From positions 37,991-101,990 of the forward strand of contig URCH01000003.1 of assembly GCA_900546275.1 (NCBI GenBank): a DNA stretch of 64,000 nucleotides, given 5' to 3'. Positions 51,960-62,086 of this stretch are shown here, in pieces. Under the pieces are notes generated by a model that was given only the letters and a program-made list of their open reading frames with translations, had not been told where the DNA came from and searched no databases. Origin of the DNA: an uncultured Mycoplasmatota bacterium. GTDB lineage: Bacteria; Bacillota_I; Bacilli_A; RF39; UBA660. The number at the start of each line of letters is the position of its first letter. The first letter of the stretch is position 1. Position numbers and translations under genes: made by a program.

Positions 51960-53177
51960 TTATACCTCCATATCAAAATCTTGAGATCTGTAAAAATCAA
52001 TATTTCCAATCAACAAAGTTTTGTTTATATTGTTCTTTTTTATATATTCGAGATAATTAAATTTTTTCCCAAATTGTCTTTCATAATGTCTTAAATCGAT
52101 TGAAAATGTTTTATTGTAATGAGTTGATATCAATTTAAGAATTGCATTATCATAAGATTCGCCTATTATCAAAATATTTTCTTTTGTTGGATTATTATAG
52201 TCAAAAATGATTTCTGCTCCATCTCCTCCATAATATGAGGCATAATTAATACTATTACCAGCGAATTGATTTTGAGAGCCATAATCATCTACTTTTTCAC
52301 CATTCAAATAAGTAATGTGGTCAGGGAAATCAAATACATATGCGCAAAAATCTTCTTTATATATATAACTTGCACCTGTCATACTAGCTTTTGATCCTAA
52401 AAACTTACCAGAACTACATTTTGTATCAATAGGTTTAATAATATTGTCCAAATTTAATATTTTAGCCAATTCGGTATAAGCTTTATATGAGCCTTTATAA
52501 TTCCAATGATGATCAGTTTTATAAAAATAATTTTGAAATTCATTAAAATTATTTATTTGAAATACATTAAAATTACTTTTATTCGATATATTTTCATGTA
52601 TATAATTTGATATATTTGTTTTTTCATTATTTTTAAAATTAATATCAGTATCTTTTTCTATATAATATGTATATACTGGGATTGGACTTTTATTAATTAA
52701 ATTATTAATATTATTAATCCTATAGCTAAATGAAGAATTATCATCAGATAAATATACAGGATCATAAACAAAGTTTCCTTCACATCCAAAAGTAGTTAAA
52801 GCTGAAGTTACTTTAATATAATTATTATTACAATAATCTTTAAGAATTACTTTTGAAAATGTAGCATTTATATAATTAGTAGAAAAATTATAAATCTTTT
52901 TAATTTTTGATGACATTAAAAGTTGATCAGACAAAGCAAGCTCAAACGACTGTTGAAATTCACCTGAATTAATTGTTTTAACTGTTGGCTTAGTAAAATA
53001 ATATGCACTTCTATTTTCATAATTATTTATATTTTTTTTAAAAAACACGAAACTCATTATTCCAACAAATACTATTATTATTAAAAAAAACAAAAACAAA
53101 AAATCATAAAACATACATTTTTTTATGACACAAAAATTAGTACGGTTTTCTTTTATTTTTTTCTTCACAATACCCAC
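51960..53177 (-). CDS. DHHW family protein (MBOAT partner, AlgX/PatB-like)
   Basis: Eponymous motif YKTDHHWNYKGSYKAY. N-terminal signal anchor. Adjacent to MBOAT. Confidence 0.75.
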   Translation of the reverse strand: MGIVKKKIKENRTNFCVIKKCMFYDFLFLFFLIIIVFVGIMSFVFFKKNINNYENRSAYYFTKPTVKTINSGEFQQSFELALSDQLLMSSKIKKIYNFSTNYINATFSKVILKDYCNNNYIKVTSALTTFGCEGNFVYDPVYLSDDNSSFSYRINNINNLINKSPIPVYTYYIEKDTDINFKNNEKTNISNYIHENISNKSNFNVFQINNFNEFQNYFYKTDHHWNYKGSYKAYTELAKILNLDNIIKPIDTKCSSGKFLGSKASMTGASYIYKEDFCAYVFDFPDHITYLNGEKVDDYGSQNQFAGNSINYASYYGGDGAEIIFDYNNPTKENILIIGESYDNAILKLISTHYNKTFSIDLRHYERQFGKKFNYLEYIKKNNINKTLLIGNIDFYRSQDFDMEV

Positions 53178-53237
53178 ATCCTATACACAACCATTATAAC
53201 AAAAAAAATATATATTTAAAATATATATTTTGAATTT

Positions 53238-54194
53238 TTATTTAATAAACCAAATTACTTTTGCAAATAAAGAATTAAAATGTTTTAAATAAAAATTTTT
53301 AAAAGTTATTTTCCTTAAATATTTGTTTTTCTTGTAGTTTGGAAACTTTTTGTTTACATTTTGCCTAGCCAATTCAACACCATATATATACTTTTTTTTA
53401 TCATTTGTTTTAGATAATCCTTTAATCATTGTAGCATATATATGTCTAACATATGAATATTCCAATTCATAATAATACTCATTAAATAAATTATTTTCTT
53501 TATAAAAATTAATCAACCCATTAAAATTATATATATAATCAAATATTTTATCATTAAAAGTACTAGATATTGCTCCTTGTCTTTGAACATATTGATAAAA
53601 AGGTTTATTAATTACTCCAATACTATCTGCATACGGCAAAATTCTATACATAAATTCTACATCTTCATACCAAATTCCTTTTTTAAATTGAAATTTATTT
53701 ATAAGTGATTTCTTGTATATCTTATTCCAAGCAGTAGGATAGATATTTATCATTTTATCTTTTATTTGTTTTTTATTTAGTAAATCTTTTGTTACATTGC
53801 AAGAACAAAACTTTATTTTTTCGTCATAAACATAATTAAGGTCACACATTACAATATCAAAATCAGACGATATAGCTTTTTCATACATAACCTCAAACAT
53901 TTTTTCATCGACATAGTCATCACTATCTACAAATGCAATATACTTACCAGTAGCATACTTCAATCCATAATTTCTAGCATCAGATAATCCCCCATTTTCT
54001 TTTATATAAGATTTTATTAGTTTTGGATATTTTACTTTAAATTCATCGATTATTTGCTGAGAATTATCCTTGGTACCATCATTTACAATTATGATTTCTA
54101 TATCTTTTAATGTTTGATTTACCAAACTATTTAAACATTTTTTTAAATATTTTTCTACATTATATACTGGAACAATTACACTAATCTTTATCAT
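53238..54194 (-). CDS. Family 2 glycosyltransferase
   Basis: SVIVPVYN...VNDGTKD...FVDSDD (DXD) motifs. Confidence 0.85.
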   Translation of the reverse strand: MIKISVIVPVYNVEKYLKKCLNSLVNQTLKDIEIIIVNDGTKDNSQQIIDEFKVKYPKLIKSYIKENGGLSDARNYGLKYATGKYIAFVDSDDYVDEKMFEVMYEKAISSDFDIVMCDLNYVYDEKIKFCSCNVTKDLLNKKQIKDKMINIYPTAWNKIYKKSLINKFQFKKGIWYEDVEFMYRILPYADSIGVINKPFYQYVQRQGAISSTFNDKIFDYIYNFNGLINFYKENNLFNEYYYELEYSYVRHIYATMIKGLSKTNDKKKYIYGVELARQNVNKKFPNYKKNKYLRKITFKNFYLKHFNSLFAKVIWFIK

Positions 54195-55692
54195 CTAAAA
54201 CACCACTATCTTTTCTTATATCAACTAAAATCATACCACAAACCATGCTCATTATAAACATATATAACCATGAATCAAATGAATTACCACTTAAGTAAGA
54301 AACAGCAAAAGCTAAAACTATTGTTACTGGAAGTAATGCTTTTTCGAGTGTCATATTAATAAAAGCCTTTTTAAAACCTAAAAATGCAATTATTAGATAT
54401 GGAAGTAAGTAAATAATTATACCAAAAATTCCAAGTGTATAATATTGCCACAATATATCATTTTCTAAATAAACCTTTGAATTATGTAAATTAGTTCTTC
54501 CTATACCAAATAATTCATCAAAATTAGCTTTATTCAAAATAGAAACACGTTTTATAATTAATGCCTGTATTTTCCTTCCGTCATCTTTCTTTTCAAATTC
54601 TAACTTTCCATAATTCAACCAAAATTCAACATCGCTTTCACATTTATAATTATCGCTGAAATACACCAGTTGGTAACCATATATATTATACTTCTTTCTA
54701 ATTAGGTTGCATACATTTACTTTTTCTTCATCATTCATATTTTCATCATAATCAATTTTTATAGATGGATCATTATTATTTTCAATGTTAGCATTACCAG
54801 CATTATTACCAGCATATTTATTTCTATTTGCGCCAGGAGAAAAAAACATTAAAACAACACTAACAAACAAAACAATAAAATATTTTATAAAAAAATTAAT
54901 ACTAAACTTTTGTTTTTTCATAAAAATCGAAAGGAAATAGAATAAAACATACCCCGCTTCTATTATTAACCAAATGTAAGTTCCGACTCTAGTCCCCAAC
55001 ATCATACTGCAGATGTTTAATAAGGTTATAATAAAAAGTAATTTAGAATTTTTATATTTGAAATAACAATAATTAACTAAAGAAATCATAATCGCTAATG
55101 TAGCGCCTAAAGGATTGGCCTGATAAAATATACCTTTAACTCCTATTTTTTCGTAAGGAACAGTAACAAATATTCCTTTAAACCAATCTAAAATACTGTA
55201 CATAGAATATTCTTGCTTACCACCATAAGATAGAATTGAAAATCCAAATAAACTAGGAATTATAATCATAAGTATTATTTCAATAGCAAGAATAGTAATT
55301 ACTATTTTGTTTATTTTAAAATTTTTGAGCACATAATATGAAATAAAAATAAATAATAAAGGAACAAACATTTTCATCAAATATGATATTTCTCCCATTA
55401 ATGAAAATGTTTTTGAAAGTGAAACTACATTAAAATTATTTGAAACTGATATATGTAAAATTGAATATATTACATTAATAAAAACAAACAGAAAAAAATA
55501 TTTATATTTATTATCCCATCTTTTAAAGCATAATACGAACAAAATTAATACTAAAAATGTCCTTATTATTGTTGAAATAGACAAACCAAAGAATTTATAA
55601 TTGTCCATATATAAATAATATATTTCTAAAAATGGATGTAATACTATAAATATAATATATAAATATAAAATTAATTTATTTTCTTTTTTCAT
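54181..55692 (-). CDS. Wzy/O-antigen ligase-like polytopic membrane protein (putative polymerase)
   Basis: More than ten TM helices with a large periplasmic loop. Sits between glycosyltransferases in the locus. Confidence 0.5.
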   Translation of the reverse strand: MKKENKLILYLYIIFIVLHPFLEIYYLYMDNYKFFGLSISTIIRTFLVLILFVLCFKRWDNKYKYFFLFVFINVIYSILHISVSNNFNVVSLSKTFSLMGEISYLMKMFVPLLFIFISYYVLKNFKINKIVITILAIEIILMIIIPSLFGFSILSYGGKQEYSMYSILDWFKGIFVTVPYEKIGVKGIFYQANPLGATLAIMISLVNYCYFKYKNSKLLFIITLLNICSMMLGTRVGTYIWLIIEAGYVLFYFLSIFMKKQKFSINFFIKYFIVLFVSVVLMFFSPGANRNKYAGNNAGNANIENNNDPSIKIDYDENMNDEEKVNVCNLIRKKYNIYGYQLVYFSDNYKCESDVEFWLNYGKLEFEKKDDGRKIQALIIKRVSILNKANFDELFGIGRTNLHNSKVYLENDILWQYYTLGIFGIIIYLLPYLIIAFLGFKKAFINMTLEKALLPVTIVLAFAVSYLSGNSFDSWLYMFIMSMVCGMILVDIRKDSGVLDDKD

Positions 55693-55701
55693 ATTTTCAC
55701 C

Positions 55702-56865
55702 TTACTTTATTAATGAATAAAATTCATTCATCTTAACATCATTTTTACAACTATAATTTTCTAAATTTTTTTCAAATTTTTTCATTTTGTCTTTTTCAGT
55801 CAATACTTTTTTTAATCCTTGATAAATAGATTCTTCATCGTTATTTACAATAATACCATATTTTCCATCATCTAACAAATATTTTGTTCCAGCAACTTCT
55901 GTTGTAAAAACTGGTTTGCCTAACACAAGCGACTCCGAAATAACAGTTGGCATTCCCTCGTATCTAGAAACTAGTAAAGTAAAGTCACCTTTTAGAAAAT
56001 ACGGATATGGATTATTTCTTTTTCCCAATAGAATTAAACTATTTTCAACATGATTTTTGCTAATTTCGTTCAATAACATTTCTTTATCTATTCCATCCCC
56101 AATAATATATACTTTAAATTTAAAACCATCATCAATTAGTTTTTTATGAATTGGTACATATCTATCATAACCTTTTTGATAATCAAGTCTACCTACTGAA
56201 ATAATATTAATTACATCATTATCAAAATCCTCATCAGGAATTGTTTCTTTTGACTTTAATATAATTTCACTTTCATTTATAATATTTAAAATCACTTTAG
56301 GTTCATTATCTAAATTATAATATTTTCTAAAAGCGATTGCTGCTTCTTTTGATACGGAAACATTAGTATTTATTAAACTCAAAGCTTTTTTCATTGTACG
56401 CAAATATTTTGAAGATGAATTAATAGTTGTAACATCAACATGATTCCAATTTATTTTATTAGCTGAGTCTCCAAAAGCACAAAACAAAGTACAAAAACCA
56501 TCATTATAAGAAATTTCATTATCATATTTTCTAAATAATGTTTTTTTTCTTTCTTTAATAATTTTATATTTAATTAATCCAGTTTTAATAAGAAAAGAAA
56601 AATATATTTTTTTTAATGCTTTTAAATACATTTTATTTTTAATTAATTGCTTAAATGAGGAATCTACAACATCAAATGTTTTCGTTCCCTTAATTATATT
56701 TACATCCTTTGGAATTAAATTTTTCATATCACCATGATAATGTAAAACAAGCAAATCGATTTCATAATTTGAATAATCTATTTTGGAAAGTAAATTAGAA
56801 AGGACCTTTGAAACTCCACCCATAACTAGACCATCCATCACAAATAAAATATTCTTTTTTTTCAT
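55702..56865 (-). CDS. Family 4 (GT-B) glycosyltransferase
   Basis: C-terminal SRYEGMPTVISESLVLGKPVFTTEVAG (EX7E region). Confidence 0.8.
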   Translation of the reverse strand: MKKKNILFVMDGLVMGGVSKVLSNLLSKIDYSNYEIDLLVLHYHGDMKNLIPKDVNIIKGTKTFDVVDSSFKQLIKNKMYLKALKKIYFSFLIKTGLIKYKIIKERKKTLFRKYDNEISYNDGFCTLFCAFGDSANKINWNHVDVTTINSSSKYLRTMKKALSLINTNVSVSKEAAIAFRKYYNLDNEPKVILNIINESEIILKSKETIPDEDFDNDVINIISVGRLDYQKGYDRYVPIHKKLIDDGFKFKVYIIGDGIDKEMLLNEISKNHVENSLILLGKRNNPYPYFLKGDFTLLVSRYEGMPTVISESLVLGKPVFTTEVAGTKYLLDDGKYGIIVNNDEESIYQGLKKVLTEKDKMKKFEKNLENYSCKNDVKMNEFYSLIK

Positions 56866-57815
56866 AACTTACCTCCAAAAATAATTCTTAATAATTTTAT
56901 CTTATTATGAATAACTAAATAACACATGATTTTAAATTTTATTTTTTGCTTTTTAAAATACTTATTTTTATACCATAATGGAAATTTTTCTAACAAAATA
57001 TTCCTATTTTTCTTTATTAGTTCATCAGTATTGTTAAACTTTAAAAATCTCAATGTAGCACCATGTATTAAGTGTTCCAGATACATAAATTCTAATTCTT
57101 TATCAAAAGAGTTTGTATATTTTTTTGTATTATTTTCCAAATATTCCAAAGCAATATAAATATTTTCCAATTTTTCATTATATTTTTTTTGACGCATTGA
57201 GGAACCACCACGTATAATATAATTATATAGTGGAACTTTAATGTAGCCTATCTTATCAGTATAAAATGTAGTTAGTGGAATTGTAGCTAAATCTTCATAT
57301 ATATACCCTACCAAAAACTTGAAATTCTGTTGCTTCAAAATACTAGTTTTAAAAATTTTATTCCATGGGCAAGGATTTGATAAATAATAATTTATTTTTA
57401 TATTATCAGAATAAGGTTGGATAGAAAACTCACGTTTTTTTAAATCATCAATAACAGAGTAATAATCAAAACATAATATATCATCTTTAGTTTCACTTAT
57501 TTTTTCTACAAGTAAAGTTACTGCATCATCCTCTATATAATCATCACTATCTACAAACATCAAATAATCGCCTGTTGAAACATCAATACCAATATTTCTG
57601 CAATCGGCTTGTCCACTATTTTTTTTATCAATCAATACTAATCTATCATCTTTATGCTTATACTCATTGATTATCTGTAACGAATTATCAGTAGATCCAT
57701 CATTAATAATAATTAATTCGATATTTTTATATTTTTGATTTAATATACTATCCAAACATTTTTTTAAGTACTTTGAAGTATTATATACGGGTACTATAAT
57801 ACTAACCTTCACCAT
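56862..57815 (-). CDS. Family 2 glycosyltransferase
   Basis: VSIIVPVYN, INDGSTD and FVDSDD motifs. Confidence 0.85.
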   Translation of the reverse strand: MVKVSIIVPVYNTSKYLKKCLDSILNQKYKNIELIIINDGSTDNSLQIINEYKHKDDRLVLIDKKNSGQADCRNIGIDVSTGDYLMFVDSDDYIEDDAVTLLVEKISETKDDILCFDYYSVIDDLKKREFSIQPYSDNIKINYYLSNPCPWNKIFKTSILKQQNFKFLVGYIYEDLATIPLTTFYTDKIGYIKVPLYNYIIRGGSSMRQKKYNEKLENIYIALEYLENNTKKYTNSFDKELEFMYLEHLIHGATLRFLKFNNTDELIKKNRNILLEKFPLWYKNKYFKKQKIKFKIMCYLVIHNKIKLLRIIFGGKL

Positions 57816-57834
57816 AATATCATCCCAACTTTCA

Positions 57835-58785
57835 TTATTTTGAAGTAATAATCAAATATAATTTATAATTAAAAAACAAACAAATCTTTTTTATGAATCG
57901 TTTAATACTGTTTTGAGGAATATTTTTATATATTTTATTTTTCTTTAATAATTTGACATAATCTTTTTTTGTTTGACCAGAAAGTATATTAGTTTTTCTA
58001 ACTACAGAATCAGTTAAAAAAATCTTAACAATATCCTTTTCTTCATTTAATCCTTTTATTTGATTAATAATTGAAACTTCATTCAAATATAATTCTAAAA
58101 AATCAAATGCCTTTTTTCTATTTTTTTGTTCATCATTACAATTGATAATACTACCATCACGTTGAACATAATTCAAACCAATATAATCAATTGAAATTAT
58201 TTTTTCTGCTTTCATGATAATAAATGGAGTTAATCCAAAATCTTCATGATACTTTCCCTTAGAATACATAAACCTATTTTTGATAAAGAAGTCCCTTTTA
58301 TAAGCATATAACCATGCAGGTTCTATCATTTCATCAGTAAATATTGATTTAATTGCATTCAATTTTAATTCATTGCAAAAAGGTTTGCTTATATACTTAT
58401 GTAAAACTTTTCCATGTAAATTTACAGTTTGACAACTAAATTTTACAAGATCTGGTTCATTATTTTTCTTGATCTTAGCATTTATCTTTTCCAATAATCT
58501 GCTTTCAAAGTAATCATCTGAATCCAAAAATAAAATATAATCACCATTTGCTTTTTTTACTCCATAATTTCTTGCATCAGATAATCCACCATTTGTTTTT
58601 ATAAAAGAAATAAATCTTTTATCTTTAGACACAAACTTATCAATTATTTTTTGACTACCATCTTTAGAGCCATCGTTTACAATAATAACTTCATAATTAC
58701 CATATGTTTGATTTTCGACGCTTGATAGACACTTATCAATATAATCTTGTACATTATATACTGGTATAATAATGCTAAATTTCAT
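57835..58785 (-). CDS. Family 2 glycosyltransferase
   Basis: FSIIIPVYN, VNDGSKD and FLDSDD motifs. Confidence 0.85.
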   Translation of the reverse strand: MKFSIIIPVYNVQDYIDKCLSSVENQTYGNYEVIIVNDGSKDGSQKIIDKFVSKDKRFISFIKTNGGLSDARNYGVKKANGDYILFLDSDDYFESRLLEKINAKIKKNNEPDLVKFSCQTVNLHGKVLHKYISKPFCNELKLNAIKSIFTDEMIEPAWLYAYKRDFFIKNRFMYSKGKYHEDFGLTPFIIMKAEKIISIDYIGLNYVQRDGSIINCNDEQKNRKKAFDFLELYLNEVSIINQIKGLNEEKDIVKIFLTDSVVRKTNILSGQTKKDYVKLLKKNKIYKNIPQNSIKRFIKKICLFFNYKLYLIITSK

Positions 58786-60373
58786 GATATGTCTCCAAAA
58801 TTTTGTTATATCTTGAATTAGTCAACAATTTAATTTTTTGTTTTTTTGTAATTTCTGTCAAACCCTCTAGAATTGCTTCGTTCTTTTCATGTTCTTTATT
58901 TAATATATTATAATAATCTCCTTCATTATAACCATCAAAGCCTGCCAAAAAAACCTCGTTAGACATATTCAAATCAAATAATTTTAATAACATAAGTAAT
59001 GCATTATCAGACACAATTGAATTTCCGTTAAGATAATTTGAATATTCAATAATATAACAATTATCTAAATTTTTATAATTAATGTTAGATGTAATTAACA
59101 AAGGTTTGTTATAAACTTTATTTTCGCCAAATCTCTTGTTACTATTTATAAAAATCATATCAACATCATAATCTTCAGGAACAAAATTTACACTTATTAC
59201 AAAAGGAGATTCATTATGTATAAATCTTTTGATTTTTTCACTTTCATCTAAAATTCTTTTTCCTGGACCTAAAAGCAATACTTTTTTATTTCCTATTATC
59301 TCTCTTAGTTTTTTTATATCCTCAAAATCATTTACTTTTGTTTCTTGATAATCTATATATTTTTTTTCTATATATTCTTTATCAAAAATCATTTTTTTAT
59401 CTTCAGGAATACTTTTTAATATCTTACCTATTGTACTAATTGATAAAGTGTTCTTTTCAACTAAATATGAAGCATAATTTGGATGGCAACAATTAATAGC
59501 TGAAAAATAATATGGTAAAGAATAACCCCAACTATTTTTTCTATAAATAGAATATAAAACATCATCTATTATTTCAAATAAATAATCTGTATTATACTTA
59601 TAATTTTCTATTTTATTTAGTTGTCCTAAAAAAAGCTCAGTGTTAAGATTTCCAGCACCTCTCCCCATACCATAAATTGAAGAATCAATTATCATTTTAT
59701 CATTTCCATATTTTTTCAATAGCATCAAAGCATTAGAATAAGATAATTGCAAATTATTATGGGAATGAAATCCAATATTTATATTGCTATTTAAATTGTT
59801 CTTTGTTAAATCATAATATCTGACTAAATCTTCTGCATCCATTGATCCAAAACTATCTACAATATAAAATGCAAATGGATCAATTTCATTAGCTAGCATT
59901 ATTAATTGAACAAATTCCTCATCACTATAACTTAATGAAAGCATAGGTTGAAGAAAAACCTTATATCCTTTATCCTTTATTTGTTTTGATAACTTTAGTG
60001 CTTCAAATCTATCTTTTTTGTGAAAAGCTATTCTTATTCCACCTATTTTATTGTCTGCTTTCAACGATAAATCTGATACATTATATTCACCAAAATTCAT
60101 CATACAAACAGCTAGTCCCTTATAATCAGAAGGTATAAAACTATTAAATTCTTCTATAGTATTAAATTTAGTATGATTATCATCATATGTTTTTTTATTT
60201 GAAATAAATCCACATTCTATTATATCTATATTTGCTTTAGATAATTTATCAATTATTTTTTTTATATTTTCTTTTCCAAAATTCCAATCATTTATATATC
60301 CGCCATCTCTTAATGTACAATCCAAAACTTTAATATTATCCATTTTTCCTCCTTCTAAAATTATAAATTGCAT
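58775..60373 (-). CDS. HMGL-like (pyruvate carboxyltransferase / DmpG-type class II aldolase) domain fused to a C-terminal uncharacterised alpha/beta domain
   Basis: N-terminal motif VLDCTLRDGGY and metal-binding motif GFHSHNNLQL of the HMGL-like TIM barrel. The C-terminal ~170 aa (KKVLLLGPGK...FVISVN...) could be a Maf/DUF115-like Rossmann domain, but this is unverified. Confidence 0.55.
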   Translation of the reverse strand: MQFIILEGGKMDNIKVLDCTLRDGGYINDWNFGKENIKKIIDKLSKANIDIIECGFISNKKTYDDNHTKFNTIEEFNSFIPSDYKGLAVCMMNFGEYNVSDLSLKADNKIGGIRIAFHKKDRFEALKLSKQIKDKGYKVFLQPMLSLSYSDEEFVQLIMLANEIDPFAFYIVDSFGSMDAEDLVRYYDLTKNNLNSNINIGFHSHNNLQLSYSNALMLLKKYGNDKMIIDSSIYGMGRGAGNLNTELFLGQLNKIENYKYNTDYLFEIIDDVLYSIYRKNSWGYSLPYYFSAINCCHPNYASYLVEKNTLSISTIGKILKSIPEDKKMIFDKEYIEKKYIDYQETKVNDFEDIKKLREIIGNKKVLLLGPGKRILDESEKIKRFIHNESPFVISVNFVPEDYDVDMIFINSNKRFGENKVYNKPLLITSNINYKNLDNCYIIEYSNYLNGNSIVSDNALLMLLKLFDLNMSNEVFLAGFDGYNEGDYYNILNKEHEKNEAILEGLTEITKKQKIKLLTNSRYNKILETYHEI

Positions 60374-60995
60374 TAGCTATTTCAAAATCATCTGCTTCAT
60401 CTATATCAATTGCTTCTACTTTTGACACCACTTTCAAATAAGGATTATTACCTATCCTTCTATTCAATTCTAAAATAGTTTGTTTTGAATATACATAAAA
60501 TCCACTTGTTTCTGAATATATAAATGGTAAATCCTGAGTTCTAGGAATAGCAGATAAATTATAATTAAGAGGTTCACCATTTTTCCATAAAAATTCTTGA
60601 AGTAATTGAACTGAAAATGAAGAATCATATTCACCACTCAAAACGTGCTCAATGCCATCAGATATACTACTTTCAGTAATAAATGGAGCAGTAACATGAG
60701 CTAAAACATATAAATCTGAGTCAACTTTATTTGCAAAACTTTGTAAAATTTCATTCATTTTTGTAGTTGAACTATCTAGATTTTCACTTCTTTTTAAAAA
60801 TTTTATTCCATCAGGAATATAATCTTTTATTGTTTCGTTACTACAATAAACGTATATTTCATCTATTTTTTTTACTTTCTTTAGTGTATTTAACAGATAT
60901 GTACATAAAGGCTCTCCATTGTCAAATTTTTTAATATTCTTATTTTTTAGTCGCTCATTATTAAGTTTTATAGGGACTACTGCAACTACTTTCAT
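60336..60995 (-). CDS. Cytidylyltransferase (NeuA/KdsB/PseF CTP_transf_3 family)
   Basis: N-terminal AVVPIKLNNERLKNKN matches the acylneuraminate cytidylyltransferase signature (IPAR.GSK...NKN). Confidence 0.7.
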   Translation of the reverse strand: MKVVAVVPIKLNNERLKNKNIKKFDNGEPLCTYLLNTLKKVKKIDEIYVYCSNETIKDYIPDGIKFLKRSENLDSSTTKMNEILQSFANKVDSDLYVLAHVTAPFITESSISDGIEHVLSGEYDSSFSVQLLQEFLWKNGEPLNYNLSAIPRTQDLPFIYSETSGFYVYSKQTILELNRRIGNNPYLKVVSKVEAIDIDEADDFEIANAIYNFRRRKNG

Positions 60996-62086
60996 ATTTT
61001 TTCCTCCAAATCATTTAACATTTTACTTAGTTGTTTTTTATCAGAAACAACTTTTATATTGTTATCATTTCTACAAATATTTTGAAAAAATTTTTCAAAA
61101 TATTTTTCATGCATTATCAAAAATTTTCCTTTTAAAAGTTTATACAATAAAATAATCTTAGCATTATTATCAAAAATTGTTTTTGTATTAACTGCTGCTG
61201 AAGAACTTATTGTAAATAGAACTTTATCATCAAGATTGTTATTAATGCAAAATATTTCCCAAGAAACATTAGTATTTAAGAGTTTAATTTTAGAATTAGG
61301 AAATTGTTTTGTATTTCTTGGATGTCTTTTAACAATAAAATTTTCGTAACCAACACATTTTGCAATATCATCTATTAAATTCATATACTCATCAATATCA
61401 TCTATAAACTCGAAAGCTTCTTCGAAAAAAATATATTTTTCTTTGATAGTTAAACCTTTAAAATCAAAAGCATTGTTAATACTAGTAACTAAAGATTTAT
61501 TATTAACGTCGATTAATTCAATATTCTTTATATCTCTATTTGAATCTCCAACAAAAAGTTTTGGTCTATAAAAATACATATCATAATCAATATAACTTAA
61601 ATCACAATTATATATAAATTTAATTAATTTTGTATATTTTCCTTTTGTATATACTTTAGGTAATTCTCTTAAATAACTTATAACACCCTCTTCATATAAA
61701 TGGAATTTTATATTTTTATTTCTTTTACATTGATACTTATATATTTCATAAAAAATTTCATTATTATTAAAGAAAAATATTTCATCATATACGTCCAATT
61801 TCTCACCTAACATAATTTTAACATTTTTTGTATTATTAAAAATTTGTTTTATATTAGATGTTTTACTATTCTTATTTTTTGGTAACTTCGAACTATCTGC
61901 ATAATATACTTTATTAAAAACATCATTTAATTTTTTATTTTTATATAAATAATTCAAATATTTTGTTTTATCACTAACCATAATATCAACAACATCTATA
62001 TCTGATAAAAGTGTTTTTCTTAAATTTATAGAATTTAACAATTGATATAAAGTATGAACTATCATTAAAATTCTTTTATTTTTCAT
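60992..62086 (-). CDS. Putative GT52-like (lipooligosaccharide sialyltransferase Lst-type) glycosyltransferase
   Basis: The segment IVKRHPRNTKQF...LNTNVSWEIF resembles, from memory, the VAPHPRQTYG...LNSPYVIEDYI region of Neisseria Lst. It is adjacent to the cytidylyltransferase. Confidence 0.4.
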   Translation of the reverse strand: MKNKRILMIVHTLYQLLNSINLRKTLLSDIDVVDIMVSDKTKYLNYLYKNKKLNDVFNKVYYADSSKLPKNKNSKTSNIKQIFNNTKNVKIMLGEKLDVYDEIFFFNNNEIFYEIYKYQCKRNKNIKFHLYEEGVISYLRELPKVYTKGKYTKLIKFIYNCDLSYIDYDMYFYRPKLFVGDSNRDIKNIELIDVNNKSLVTSINNAFDFKGLTIKEKYIFFEEAFEFIDDIDEYMNLIDDIAKCVGYENFIVKRHPRNTKQFPNSKIKLLNTNVSWEIFCINNNLDDKVLFTISSSAAVNTKTIFDNNAKIILLYKLLKGKFLIMHEKYFEKFFQNICRNDNNIKVVSDKKQLSKMLNDLEEKI

